Assembly: GCA_963668645.2 (NCBI GenBank)
Contig: CAXXWC010000021.1
Span: 128,001 to 192,000, forward strand
DNA length: 64,000 nt
Origin: Desulfobacterales bacterium
GTDB taxonomy: Bacteria > Desulfobacterota > Desulfobacteria > Desulfobacterales > UBA2174
Direction of reading: 5' to 3'
Shown here: positions 1-10,047 of the stretch, one piece after another
Numbering within the stretch: the stretch's first letter is position 1
Layout: every line of letters begins with the position of its first letter
Notes under the pieces: generated by a model
What the model was told of the DNA's origin: nothing
The model's input: the letters and a program-made list of their open reading frames with translations, nothing else
Databases searched by the model: none
Position numbers and translations under genes: made by a program

Positions 1-894
1 GTGGGCATCACAGTGGGCGCCATGGAAGGACTGCTGGCGGCGATCCTGACGGTGGTAGAGCGCGGCGATGAGGTCATCCTGCCGTCTCCGACCTATGCCT
101 CGCATATCGAGCAGGTGCTCCTGGCCGAGGGGGTTCCCGTCTTCGTGCCGCTGCGCGCAGAGGACTGGGGGCTTGACCTGGACGCCATCGAGAAAGCAAT
201 CAGCGGCCGTACCCGTGCCGTGATTCTCTGCAACCCCGGCAATCCCACCGGAACGGTGTTCACCGATGCCGAGATCGATGCCCTTTGCAGCCTGGCCCAG
301 GCCCATGGACTCTGGATCATCTCCGATGAAACCTACGACTTTCTGACCTATGACCAGCCGCGGCCCAAAAGTCCGGCCAGCTGCGAGGCAGTCAGGCCGC
401 AGGTGATCACGGTGGGCTCGTTTTCCAAAAAATACGCCCTGACCGGCTGGCGGGTGGGCTGGGTAACCGCTGCCGAACCGGTCATGGCACAGATCATGAA
501 AGTGCACGATGCCACCGCCATCTGCGCCCCTACCCCCTCCCAGGTGGCGGCCCTGGCCGCTCTCACCGGCCCCCAGGACTGCGTCAATGACATGCGCCGC
601 ACTCTATCCGAACGCCGGGACCAGTGCTGCCGGCGGCTGGACGCGCTGGCCGGCCAGTTTGACTATGTACGCCCCCGCGGGGCTTTTTACATCATGGCCC
701 GGTATCTTTTCAGCCAGAAGCCTTCCCAACAGGTTGCCGAACAGATGCTTAACGAGGCCGGGGTGATCACCATTCCGGGAGGTTCCTTCGGACCCAACGG
801 CGAAGGGCATCTGCGGCTCTCCTTCGGCGGCACCGAAGCTGAAATCGACACGGCCTTTGACCGGATCGAGCAGTGGATTGGCAAGAGGCGATAG
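1..894 (+). CDS. PLP-dependent aminotransferase class I/II (5' part outside window)
   Basis: Motifs NPGNPTG, SDETY, SFSKKYALTGWRVGW (PLP lysine), PGGSFG..GEGHLRLSF. Confidence 0.93.
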   Translation: MGITVGAMEGLLAAILTVVERGDEVILPSPTYASHIEQVLLAEGVPVFVPLRAEDWGLDLDAIEKAISGRTRAVILCNPGNPTGTVFTDAEIDALCSLAQAHGLWIISDETYDFLTYDQPRPKSPASCEAVRPQVITVGSFSKKYALTGWRVGWVTAAEPVMAQIMKVHDATAICAPTPSQVAALAALTGPQDCVNDMRRTLSERRDQCCRRLDALAGQFDYVRPRGAFYIMARYLFSQKPSQQVAEQMLNEAGVITIPGGSFGPNGEGHLRLSFGGTEAEIDTAFDRIEQWIGKRR

Positions 895-1062
895 CCGGAT
901 GGCCTGAACCATGATAACCGTTGTTTTTCTCCTTTTGTCTGAATAGTTGTTGTAGCAATCGTACGGCCTTGAAAAGGGTCGAAACCTTGCCAAAGCGCTA
1001 CGCTTAGACTCGACTTCCGTCTTTCCACTGCGAAAAATCCCTCCGAAAACAAAACAGAGAAA

Positions 1063-1102
1063 CCGCAAAATAGTATTGGTTTTGCGCAATAATTTACGAG
1101 CA
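1063..1102 (+). promoter_or_regulatory. Putative AraC-type operator upstream of flp/tad operon
   Basis: CCGCAAAATAGTATTGGTTTTGCGCAATAATTTACGAGCA; CGCAA direct repeats 21 bp apart; 25/40 identical without gaps to 17637-17676(-). Confidence 0.55.
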
Positions 1103-1344
1103 TATTATTCCTTATTCAGCGTATTTATGCTCTTCACGCGATTTCAGGGGGGATTTTTCAGGGAAAGGCCCTGCGTGGGGCAAAGTGATACAGCGGTATC
1201 ATCTTGATCTGGGTACGTTTGAGCAAAAGACGGCAGCGTTCGATGACCATTAGCCCTCTTTGGGATTTCTGATTTTCAGGCCGGCACCCGGTGACACCAG
1301 CACGCTCACCCTTTCATCAATTTAAATCATGGGACGATGGAAAG

Positions 1345-1545
1345 ATGAAATTCATTAAAAAACTCTGGCAGGATGAATCCGGTGTCACCGCTGTGGAGTA
1401 TGGTCTGATTGCAGGGGTCATGGCCGCGCTTCTCGTGTCTGTCTTGGGGTTGTTCGGCGATGAGTTAAAGGAGTTGTTTAATGCCATTGCCGACCAAATC
1501 GACCAGGCCACGGAGACGATTCAGAATGAAGATACGCAAAAATGA
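1345..1545 (+). CDS. flp: Flp/Fap type IVc pilin
   Basis: MKFIKKLWQDESG|VTAVEYGLIAG: Flp cleavage motif G-xxxx-EY followed by a hydrophobic helix. Confidence 0.95.
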   Translation: MKFIKKLWQDESGVTAVEYGLIAGVMAALLVSVLGLFGDELKELFNAIADQIDQATETIQNEDTQK

Positions 1546-1572
1546 GACTCATTCATTGAAAAAGAAATCGCC

Positions 1573-2082
1573 ATGACCGGAATGGTGTGTTCGCTATTGA
1601 TGGCCGCCGCTGTGGCGTTTGATGTTCATTTCAGGAAAATTCCCAACCAGCTGACGGTGTCCGTAGCGGCCACGGGGCTTTTGTATCACCTTGTTTTAGA
1701 AGCAGGCGTAAGGGGACTATGGTTTTCGGTGACCGGCCTCCTGGTAGGGGGGCTGCTGTTGGTCATTCCTTTTGCCCTGGGCATGAGCGGCGGTGGAGAC
1801 GTTAAACTCCTCGGCGCGGCAGGCGCTTGGATGGGGCCGTCGGCGATTTTTTCGGTTTTTCTGTACGGGTCCATCGCCGGAGGCGTTTTTTCTATTGTGG
1901 AAATAATCCGATACATGGGGTTCGGGGAAAACAGAGCCATTGGGCGAAGGTTCATGCGAGAACTGACGCTCCGGCGTTTTCATGGGACAGGCCCGGCAGG
2001 TCTTTCCATCCCTTACAGCATCCCCATTGCAGTCGGATTGCTGACATATTTACTGATCGGGGATATCCGGGAATGGATGTGA
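1573..2082 (+). CDS. cpaA: A24 family prepilin peptidase TadV/CpaA
   Basis: D..RKIPN and GGGDVKL motifs, IPY..PIA C-terminus, multiple TM segments. Confidence 0.92.
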   Translation: MTGMVCSLLMAAAVAFDVHFRKIPNQLTVSVAATGLLYHLVLEAGVRGLWFSVTGLLVGGLLLVIPFALGMSGGGDVKLLGAAGAWMGPSAIFSVFLYGSIAGGVFSIVEIIRYMGFGENRAIGRRFMRELTLRRFHGTGPAGLSIPYSIPIAVGLLTYLLIGDIREWM

Positions 2083-2522
2083 GAAGCGGAAGAGCGGCGC
2101 ATCGTTTCATTCTGAACAGCCAGGGAAGCGCCGGGCTTGAGTTTGCCATGGTTCTGCCGGTGTTTCTGCTAATCTTTTTTGCCGTCATCGAATACGGGTG
2201 GTGTTTTTTTAACTGGACCCTCCTGCATAATGCCGTTTCCGAAGGAGCCCGGGCCGCAACCCGTGCCAGGGATTGGGAAACGGAGGACGCTTTTGCAGAG
2301 GACCCTGTGGTTATGGCCAAAGAAGCCGTTATCGAGGCCTTTTGGCTTGGATCCATGTCAGAAACATTTGTAGACGCCGTCGTTCTTCAAGCGGATGGAA
2401 ATTCTCCCAAACGGATTCAGGTGGAGGTTTTGGATTTTCCGTATAAACCGATTACGGGCTATTTGCCGGCATCGATGATTCCTGTAGAACTGGGCGCACG
2501 GGCGGTCATGGCGTTTCCCTAA
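2073..2522 (+). CDS. tadE: TadE-like pseudopilin
   Basis: GSAGLEFAMVLP...EYG...NAVSEGAR motif; start taken at ATG 2073 rather than 1827. Confidence 0.88.
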   Translation: MDVRSGRAAHRFILNSQGSAGLEFAMVLPVFLLIFFAVIEYGWCFFNWTLLHNAVSEGARAATRARDWETEDAFAEDPVVMAKEAVIEAFWLGSMSETFVDAVVLQADGNSPKRIQVEVLDFPYKPITGYLPASMIPVELGARAVMAFP

Positions 2523-2554
2523 CCGGTGCATTTTAAAATATCCGGAGTTTTGCA

Positions 2555-3778
2555 ATGGTTAGAAAATTACGGGGAGTCGTGGCGCTCTGCCTTTCCTTAT
2601 GCCTTGCGTTTCTGGCCTCATATGCCGTCTATCGGGGATTCGAAAAGAAAAATATCCCTGAACCGAAAAGTGCTGTCCCTGTTTTGCCGGAGAAGCAGAA
2701 AGACGTGTCGCCGTCTGTCAAACTGCAGCTGCCGCCGGGCATGCGGGCCTTTACCCTTCTGATAGACAAATTGGAGGGGGCACCGTTGGAGCTTGCCCAG
2801 GGGGACCATGTGGATGTTGTCGCCGTGCATCCCATGGATTTCCCCAATTTTTTCAGTAGCCACTCAAGGATGGCCAGAATACTGCTTCAGGATATAGAGG
2901 TCCTGTCGGCGCAAATGGAAAACATACCGAGCAAGACCCGGCCGGTGATCCTATTGGCAAGTCCCGATCAATGCGCCCTCCTTTCGGCAACCCTCGAAGT
3001 TGCCCAGATCCGCCTGCTGGTGCGAAATCCCGGAGACCACGAAGTCATCGACACGCCGGCAGCGGGGTTTTCAATGGATAAAGGCAAATTTGTCATGTAT
3101 GAGCCGCCCGATTTTTCCGTTGACAAACTGCTGACGCCGGGCATGCGTGCGGTCCGCATAAGAACGGATTGGCGGGACGGCGTCATGTCACGGTTCAAGC
3201 CGGGGGACCGGGTGGACATTGTTGTTTCATGCCCTTACGGTAAAGCAGGAAGATTACAATATAAGGAAACCAAAGAGGCTGCCAGAAATGCCGATAAAAA
3301 AGAACTCCAAGACTCTGACAGCGGGGGCACTCTGTATCTTCGGCAAACCTATTTGAATTCCAAGATCTGGCGGCAGAATGTGAAGGTCATTGCGGTCAGT
3401 GACCAGTTTCATAAATCGGACCGGAACAATCCCGGCGACGAAACCGCCACGGCCATCGACGACAATACGGTACCTGAAGACGACGGAAAACAAGGCGATC
3501 AAAGGGAAGATGATCAAGCGGCAAAACAGTTCGACGGCGCCATTGTCGTGGAGATGAAGCCCCGGGACGCGGAACTGCTCATGGCGCTTTACATGGTGCC
3601 GTCCAAAGGAAACCTGATCTGGGTCATGCTCAGGCATCCTGAAGATCATGAAATTGTCGCCACCGACGGCGTGCGGATCGAAAACATCGTTGACAGACAA
3701 AAACTGGACCGTGAAGTGGATCTCCTTCGGGGAATGGCCCGAAAATCCCAACTATATTATACGAAGGACGGAAATTAA
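2555..3778 (+). CDS. cpaB: Flp pilus assembly protein CpaB/RcpC with two CpaB domains
   Basis: N-terminal TM; PGMRA...GD(H/R)VD(V/I)V...QN/DV.V motif occurs twice. Confidence 0.82.
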   Translation: MVRKLRGVVALCLSLCLAFLASYAVYRGFEKKNIPEPKSAVPVLPEKQKDVSPSVKLQLPPGMRAFTLLIDKLEGAPLELAQGDHVDVVAVHPMDFPNFFSSHSRMARILLQDIEVLSAQMENIPSKTRPVILLASPDQCALLSATLEVAQIRLLVRNPGDHEVIDTPAAGFSMDKGKFVMYEPPDFSVDKLLTPGMRAVRIRTDWRDGVMSRFKPGDRVDIVVSCPYGKAGRLQYKETKEAARNADKKELQDSDSGGTLYLRQTYLNSKIWRQNVKVIAVSDQFHKSDRNNPGDETATAIDDNTVPEDDGKQGDQREDDQAAKQFDGAIVVEMKPRDAELLMALYMVPSKGNLIWVMLRHPEDHEIVATDGVRIENIVDRQKLDREVDLLRGMARKSQLYYTKDGN

Positions 3779-3807
3779 CCTGGAATTGACTCGACGTAAG
3801 CACCCCC

Positions 3808-4959
3808 ATGTTTAGAGGCCTTGGAAAAATTGGGATTATTGCGGGACTGGCGATGGCTTTGACGGCATCCGTTGTCCTTTACACGGTTCTGGAAGGGCGT
3901 CGGAAAACGCCTGCACCGCCGGCTGAGGTTGCCATGGCACCCACGCCGCCCGTTCCGGAAAAAAATGTGAAGTTTTCAGAAACCATCCCACCGGGCATGC
4001 GGGCCGTGGGACTGTCGGTGGACGAGATCACCGGCGTTACCCGGGATCTGACAAGGGGCGACGTCGTGGATCTTCTTTGCAGCACGTGTACGGATGGTAT
4101 TCTCACCGGCAATACGACTCGATCGATACATCATTCCGGGTTCACCCGGTTGATCGCCGGGAGAGTTACGCTCCTGTCCGTGTCTCCCGGCACAACGGGC
4201 CGGAAGGGAAAATGGCCGGTAACCCTGCTGATGACCCGGGAGCAAGCCTGCATGGTTAAGGCTGCGGGCCATGATCCCATCACCCTCCGGCTCACTTTAT
4301 CCGGACCGGCGGGGCCGGATGAACCGAATGCGGAAATTCAGCGTATTTCCGCATTTACCCCTTTGGACGGCCCGTCGTATCTATACAAATGGGATGACTC
4401 CGATCTGCGCAAACGTATCCGGCCGGGCATGCGGGCTCTCGGGGTGGTGTGCACCGACATCAGCTTTTTCAACAATCTGTCCGCCGGTGAGCGGATCGAT
4501 ATTTATTACCGGTCTAATGTAACCTACGTAAGAAATGCCGAAAAGAATGATCCGGGAAAAGAGTTGGAGATTACCCGGCCGGACGAGAAACAACTCACCC
4601 TGGTCCTGCAGAATGTGGAGATTATCGCAACCACGGAAAACTCCAGGTGGCATTCCTCCGCCAATAAAGAGATAACGGGAACCGGGCTTATCGTCGTCCA
4701 GGTCACTCCGGAAGATGCGGAAAAGCTAATTTTCATGACGGCCTTCGTTCCGCCCTCATACCCGCCGCCGATTTTCATGGTCCGCCGCAACACTGCGGAC
4801 AAAAAGGAACTTCCCATCAGCAAGACCCATGCCATGGAGGCCATGAGCCAGCGCGTCGAGGTCCGGCGCGTCAATACCCTGCGGGGAATGAATACCAACG
4901 TTCACCAGTTTTACGAACCGCAAAAATCAATCGCCAACAAGGGATTAAGAGGCGACTGA
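3808..4959 (+). CDS. cpaB: Second CpaB/RcpC-like protein with two CpaB domains
   Basis: N-terminal TM; PPGMRAV...GDVVD and PGMRAL...GERID...LQNVEI...VTPEDAEKL. Confidence 0.8.
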   Translation: MFRGLGKIGIIAGLAMALTASVVLYTVLEGRRKTPAPPAEVAMAPTPPVPEKNVKFSETIPPGMRAVGLSVDEITGVTRDLTRGDVVDLLCSTCTDGILTGNTTRSIHHSGFTRLIAGRVTLLSVSPGTTGRKGKWPVTLLMTREQACMVKAAGHDPITLRLTLSGPAGPDEPNAEIQRISAFTPLDGPSYLYKWDDSDLRKRIRPGMRALGVVCTDISFFNNLSAGERIDIYYRSNVTYVRNAEKNDPGKELEITRPDEKQLTLVLQNVEIIATTENSRWHSSANKEITGTGLIVVQVTPEDAEKLIFMTAFVPPSYPPPIFMVRRNTADKKELPISKTHAMEAMSQRVEVRRVNTLRGMNTNVHQFYEPQKSIANKGLRGD

Positions 4960-4965
4960 AAAACC

Positions 4966-6537
4966 ATGCAGAGAAAAATCAAACTATTTTCAATCCATTT
5001 GCCGGCGAGTCTGCTTATTTTATTATCAACGGTCTTTCTATGCGCAGGGGCCGTTGGGGCATCCGAGATGTCAGATGTTCATTCATTGCAGCAAATTGAC
5101 GTTGAGCTGAACAAATCCGTCATCAAGCGCACCGTGATCCCTGTTCAACGGGTCTCCGTTGCCAACCCGTCGATTGTCGATTATCATCTCATTACCCCGC
5201 AACAGATTCTTCTGGTTCCCAAAAACCAGACCGGCGTCACCAACCTGATCGTCTGGTACGACGAAAACTGGACAGAAATCTTTGATGTCCGGGTCTTCGA
5301 TCCTGAACAATCAGAAGAGGCCATCCGCAGTATGCTGAAAAAAATAGCCCCGGATACCGGCATCGAGTTCAACTGCATCGGTCCCGACCATAAACGGCAG
5401 ATTATTCTGTACGGCGATGTCGACAGCCAGAAGGTCCTGGACCGGGTGCTCACCCTGATGCAAATGTATGTTTCCAGCCCGAACCAAATCGTCAATCTGA
5501 CTACCCTGAAGGGGCTCCAGCAGGTTCAGATCGAGATTAAAATTGCAGAAATATCCCGTTCCGGCATCAAGCAGATGGGGATGGGCTTCCTGTTGAATAA
5601 AGACTGGAGTATCGGACTGTTTTCAAGCGGCAGTTTCAGCGCTTCGGCAGAAACCAGCCGGAGCATTGAGCGCGGCGGCGATCCGGGATTCAAAACCACG
5701 GGGATCTACAATGAGAGCACCGGAGAATACAGCTATCTCACTGTACCCACCGACGGCAGCGAGAACATAGCCAGCCAGGGCATTTCTTCGTCCATATCCA
5801 TCGAGTCCCCTTTTTCTTCGGCCTTTCAGCTGGCGCTTCACGCGGTGCAGGGAGACGTGGTCTCGACCCTCAGCATTTTGAAGGGCCAGAACCTGGCCCG
5901 AATTTTAGCCAAGCCCACCCTGGTGGCCATGAGCGGCCAGGAAGCCGAATTTCTTGTCGGCGGCGAGTTCCCCATACCGGTTTCAGGCGAACGTGGAAGC
6001 ACCAATATCGAATTCCGTCAATACGGCGTCATGGTCCGGTTTCAGCCCATGGTACTGGGGAACGAGGAAATTCTCCTGCATGTGGAACCCGAGGTCAGCA
6101 GTCCGGACTACGGTCTTGCCGTTTTTTCCGGCGGCGTTTCGGTCCCCGGACTCAAAACCCGGCGGGGCAGCACGACCCTGCACCTGAAAGACGGGCAGAG
6201 TTTCGCCATGGCTGGACTTTTAAAGGAAGACGTCTATACCGCCGTAGCAAAAATTCCCTTCATCGGCGACATTCCTTACCTGGGAACGTTGTTCACCAGC
6301 AAGCAGTATGAAAAGGATGAAAGCGAGTTGGTCATCATCGTCACGCCGCGCATCGTCCGGGCCTTGAATCCGGAAGAGGTTGGTCCCCTTCCGGGCGAGG
6401 GGATGGGGGATGATTCGGACGATTTCGATTTTTTTATCCGGAACCGGTTTAAGAAGAGCCCCCCTGCAACACCCCCGGAAATAACCGGAGAGGAAACCGG
6501 GCCGACGTTTATCGGGGGAATGGGGTATTCGAGGTAA
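4966..6537 (+). CDS. cpaC: Tad secretin RcpA/CpaC
   Basis: Signal peptide; LAKPTLVAMSGQEAEFLVGGEFPIP, KIPFIGDIPYLGTLF, ELVIIVTPRIV. Confidence 0.95.
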   Translation: MQRKIKLFSIHLPASLLILLSTVFLCAGAVGASEMSDVHSLQQIDVELNKSVIKRTVIPVQRVSVANPSIVDYHLITPQQILLVPKNQTGVTNLIVWYDENWTEIFDVRVFDPEQSEEAIRSMLKKIAPDTGIEFNCIGPDHKRQIILYGDVDSQKVLDRVLTLMQMYVSSPNQIVNLTTLKGLQQVQIEIKIAEISRSGIKQMGMGFLLNKDWSIGLFSSGSFSASAETSRSIERGGDPGFKTTGIYNESTGEYSYLTVPTDGSENIASQGISSSISIESPFSSAFQLALHAVQGDVVSTLSILKGQNLARILAKPTLVAMSGQEAEFLVGGEFPIPVSGERGSTNIEFRQYGVMVRFQPMVLGNEEILLHVEPEVSSPDYGLAVFSGGVSVPGLKTRRGSTTLHLKDGQSFAMAGLLKEDVYTAVAKIPFIGDIPYLGTLFTSKQYEKDESELVIIVTPRIVRALNPEEVGPLPGEGMGDDSDDFDFFIRNRFKKSPPATPPEITGEETGPTFIGGMGYSR

Positions 6538-6539
6538 GA

Positions 6540-7703
6540 ATGAACCGTCCAATTAAGGGGATGTGCGTTTTCAGCAATCCGTCCACGGGAGAAGCCGTCG
6601 CCGAGGAAATCGGAACGGTTCTGGATATGGATATTGTCCAGGATTTTGTCCATGCCTGGACCGAGGTGCAAAACCGGCGTCCCAAAGTTTTGCTGATCGA
6701 TATGGAACGGGAGCCGGAAGCCGGCCTCCGGCTTGCCCGCGACACCGCATCGTCATTTGCCGACACTCCGGTGGTCATGTTTTCACCGAAAAAAGATCCG
6801 GACCTGATTATCGACTGCCTGAGGGCCGGAGCAGCCGATTACTGCGTTTTCCCGGATCAGAACGGCGATTCCCTGACGGCGGCCGTCAAACGGGTGTTGA
6901 ACCGTTCAGCAGACGGGCACAAAACCGGTAAAATCGTATCTTTTTTCAGCATGAAAGGCGGTCAGGGAACGACGAGTCTGGCCGTGAATGTCGCGGACCA
7001 GATTCATCAGGTCCTTGACCGCCGGGTGCTCCTGTTGGACCTGAACCTTTACATGGGCAGCATTTGCGGTCATCTTAACTTCACCTGCACTTACACGCCG
7101 TTCGACATGGTGCGGGACATTTCCCGAATGGATGAAGACCTTCTGCTGTCATCGCTCTCCAGACATGGCAGGGGATTCTACATTCTGTCCGCACCGGAGG
7201 AAGTCAGCGACGCCGAGAGCATTTCCCCGGAGAATATCTCCCAAATATTAAACATTTCAAAATTCTGTTTCGATTATATCGTTATCGATCTTGCCCATGA
7301 CTTTTCGGATCGCACCCTGGTGGCTTTAGAAGCCTCGGACAGAATATTTTTAACCGTCCGCCAGAATTTTTCGGTGATCAAAAGCGCCCAGAAGGTCTTC
7401 CAATTCTTTCATGCATTGAATTACCCCACGAGCAAAGTGGAACTTCTGGTGAACCGGTTTGTGAAAGGCAGCGAACTGACGCCGGAAGATTTGACGGTTG
7501 TATTCCAACAACCAGTTTTCGGGGTCGTGCAAGACGGCGGCCGGATTATGGAAAAGGCGATCAGCAAAGGGCGGACCCTGGCCGATGCATATCCGCGAAC
7601 CCGCATCAATACGAGCATTAAGGATATTGCACTGAAAATTGCTGACATTGAAAAACAGCCCCAGCAGTCTTGGTTCAGACGCCTTTTTTCCGCTGCCCGA
7701 TAA
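6540..7703 (+). CDS. cpaE: Pilus assembly protein CpaE/TadZ (receiver-like + MinD-like ATPase)
   Basis: Degenerate receiver domain, then KGGQGTTSLAVN deviant Walker A. Confidence 0.92.
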   Translation: MNRPIKGMCVFSNPSTGEAVAEEIGTVLDMDIVQDFVHAWTEVQNRRPKVLLIDMEREPEAGLRLARDTASSFADTPVVMFSPKKDPDLIIDCLRAGAADYCVFPDQNGDSLTAAVKRVLNRSADGHKTGKIVSFFSMKGGQGTTSLAVNVADQIHQVLDRRVLLLDLNLYMGSICGHLNFTCTYTPFDMVRDISRMDEDLLLSSLSRHGRGFYILSAPEEVSDAESISPENISQILNISKFCFDYIVIDLAHDFSDRTLVALEASDRIFLTVRQNFSVIKSAQKVFQFFHALNYPTSKVELLVNRFVKGSELTPEDLTVVFQQPVFGVVQDGGRIMEKAISKGRTLADAYPRTRINTSIKDIALKIADIEKQPQQSWFRRLFSAAR

Positions 7704-7714
7704 AGGATTGCGCC

Positions 7715-9079
7715 ATGAGACTGATTGACAGATTGAAATCCGGCGCATCCCAATCCGGATACGATCCGCGAATCCCGCCCCAAGGCGGTCTGGACCGTGA
7801 TGCCTATAACCGCATCAAGACCATGGTTCATTTAAAACTCGTGGAACGGCTGGACATCGCAACCGTTGGGGATCTGCCCCAACAGGAACTGGCCGTTGTC
7901 ATCCGCCATGTCCTGGAGGAGATCACCTTCACACGAGATGTCCCACTGAATATCGGGGAGCGCTCCGATCTGATCGGCGACCTGATGGATGAGATCCTCG
8001 GACTGGGGCCCATCGAACCTTTGGTCCGGGACGAATCGGTCCAGGACATCCTCATAAACGGCTACAACAGGGTGTACATCGAACGACAGGGCCTGTTGAA
8101 ACTGACACCCGTCAAGTTCAGGGACAACGACCATCTGATGCAGATCATCGATAAAATCATATCCGCAGCCGGCCGGCGCGTGGATGAATCCTCACCCATG
8201 GTGGACGCCCGGATGCAGGACGGCTCCCGCATCAATGTCATTCTGCCGCCCCTTTCTCTCATCGGACCGGTGGTCTCCATCCGCAAATTCGGGAAAAACC
8301 CCATTACGCTCGACCAGATACTCGGGGACCTGACCATGACGGGACAGATGAACCTCTTTTTAAAAGCCGCGGTCAGATCAAAACTCAACATCCTGATATC
8401 GGGTGGAACGGGGGCCGGAAAAACCACGCTGTTGAACATCCTTTCGGGTTACATCCCCAGGGACGAACGCATCGTCACCATCGAGGACAGCGCGGAACTG
8501 CGGCTGAACCAACCCCATGTGGTTTCTCTGGAGTCGCGCCTGCCGAACATTGAAAGCAAGGGCGAAGTGGTTTTGACGGATCTGGTCAAAAACAGCCTGC
8601 GCATGCGTCCGGACCGAATTATCGTCGGGGAGGTCCGGGGAGCCGAGGTCATGGACATGCTCCAGGCAATGAACACCGGGCATCCCGGATCCATGAGCAC
8701 CATTCATGCCAATTCTCCCAAGGACGCCTTGTCGCGCATCGAGGTCATGGCCGGCATGGGGTCTTCCTCTTTTTCAGAGATCGCTCTGCGCCGGCTGGTT
8801 GCCAGCGCCATCAATCTCATCATTCAAATCACCCGCTTGCAGGACGGGCGACGGCGCATTGTTTCCATCTCCGAAGTGTCCAGGATGAAGGAAGAGCGCA
8901 TCGAACTTCATGACCTGTTCGTTTTCAGGCAGGCGGGCGTCGACGATGGGGGCGGCGTTTACGGTGACTTTCTGGGGCTTGGCGATCCACCGGTTTTTTC
9001 AGATCATCTCAAATCCTACGGGTTCGAGTTTGACCCCTCGGTATTTTCCTATGAACTCAAGGTGGGATATTCGGGATGA
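7715..9079 (+). CDS. cpaF: Tad ATPase TadA/CpaF
   Basis: GGTGAGKTT Walker [40 protein letters not shown]. Confidence 0.97.
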   Translation: MRLIDRLKSGASQSGYDPRIPPQGGLDRDAYNRIKTMVHLKLVERLDIATVGDLPQQELAVVIRHVLEEITFTRDVPLNIGERSDLIGDLMDEILGLGPIEPLVRDESVQDILINGYNRVYIERQGLLKLTPVKFRDNDHLMQIIDKIISAAGRRVDESSPMVDARMQDGSRINVILPPLSLIGPVVSIRKFGKNPITLDQILGDLTMTGQMNLFLKAAVRSKLNILISGGTGAGKTTLLNILSGYIPRDERIVTIEDSAELRLNQPHVVSLESRLPNIESKGEVVLTDLVKNSLRMRPDRIIVGEVRGAEVMDMLQAMNTGHPGSMSTIHANSPKDALSRIEVMAGMGSSSFSEIALRRLVASAINLIIQITRLQDGRRRIVSISEVSRMKEERIELHDLFVFRQAGVDDGGGVYGDFLGLGDPPVFSDHLKSYGFEFDPSVFSYELKVGYSG

Positions 9080-10029
9080 GCCTCTTTTTATCGATTATTG
9101 TTTTTATCGGTTTATGTGGGGTGATGTTGTCGCTTCACATGCTCATTACCGACGCCAGGGATGCCAAGAAGCAAAAAAAATTGCGTGAACTCTCCGCCCA
9201 GCTTACGGGAACGGAGAAATTCGAGCCGTCAATACGGAGTGCTCCGAAAATCCATTGCAACAGATTCGGCCCGGCGGCTGCGGCCATGGAGCGGCTGGAA
9301 AGGCTGCTCAGGGCCTCGGATACACCGGTATCCGCCGGTCTTTTCGGACTCGGCTGCCTCATTGCCGGCGGCCTTTGTTTTTTTGTATCCCTCGGGGTGC
9401 TGAAAAACATTTTTCCCGCCGTGCTCATGTTCATCACCGGGGGCTCGGCGCCGCTTTACTACCTGGTCGTTCGGGGAAAAAAACGCGAGGAGGATCTGGT
9501 ACGCCAACTTCCCGAAGCCCTGGAAATGATCACCAGATCCTTGAGAATCGGTCAATCCATGGATAACAGCCTCCGGGAACTGGGCAGGTCGTTTCCTCGG
9601 CCCCTGGGCGGGGAAATCAAGACCGTTTATGAGGAAATCGCCATGGGTCTCCCCTTTGCCGCCGCCATGCAGCATTTTGAAAGCCGGTACCCCAGGGTGG
9701 CGGAGATCAAAATGTTTTCAGCCGCCATGGTCATCCAGCGGGAAAGCGGCGGCAACCTGACACGGATTTTGGAAAATCTTTCAAAACTCATCCGGGAGCG
9801 TTTCAAATTTCATCGCCAGGTGCGGGCGCTGACATCCGAGGGCCGCGCCAGCGCAATTATCGTCGGTTCCCTGCCCCTGGTTTTCGCGGCGATCGTCTGG
9901 TTTTCCAACCCGGGCTATCTGGACCCGCTCTTTTTTTCATCCTTTGGCCGGAAACTTCTGCTCGTCGCCGCCTTGCTGGAAACTTCCGGCTTCATCATCA
10001 TGCGCCGGCTTACGAAAATCGACGTATAG
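9076..10029 (+). CDS. tadB: TadB inner-membrane platform protein
   Basis: QLPEAL..., QRESGGNL, RALTSEGR; T2SS-F-like. Confidence 0.93.
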   Translation: MSLFLSIIVFIGLCGVMLSLHMLITDARDAKKQKKLRELSAQLTGTEKFEPSIRSAPKIHCNRFGPAAAAMERLERLLRASDTPVSAGLFGLGCLIAGGLCFFVSLGVLKNIFPAVLMFITGGSAPLYYLVVRGKKREEDLVRQLPEALEMITRSLRIGQSMDNSLRELGRSFPRPLGGEIKTVYEEIAMGLPFAAAMQHFESRYPRVAEIKMFSAAMVIQRESGGNLTRILENLSKLIRERFKFHRQVRALTSEGRASAIIVGSLPLVFAAIVWFSNPGYLDPLFFSSFGRKLLLVAALLETSGFIIMRRLTKIDV

Positions 10030-10047
10030 GTCTTTTCGGAAAAAGAA

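Noticed and set aside
900..1340. c-di-GMP riboswitch or sigma54 promoter before flp
   Set aside because: No GEMM core found; CTGG-N10-GCA near 1209-1225 fits the spacing but matches the consensus poorly
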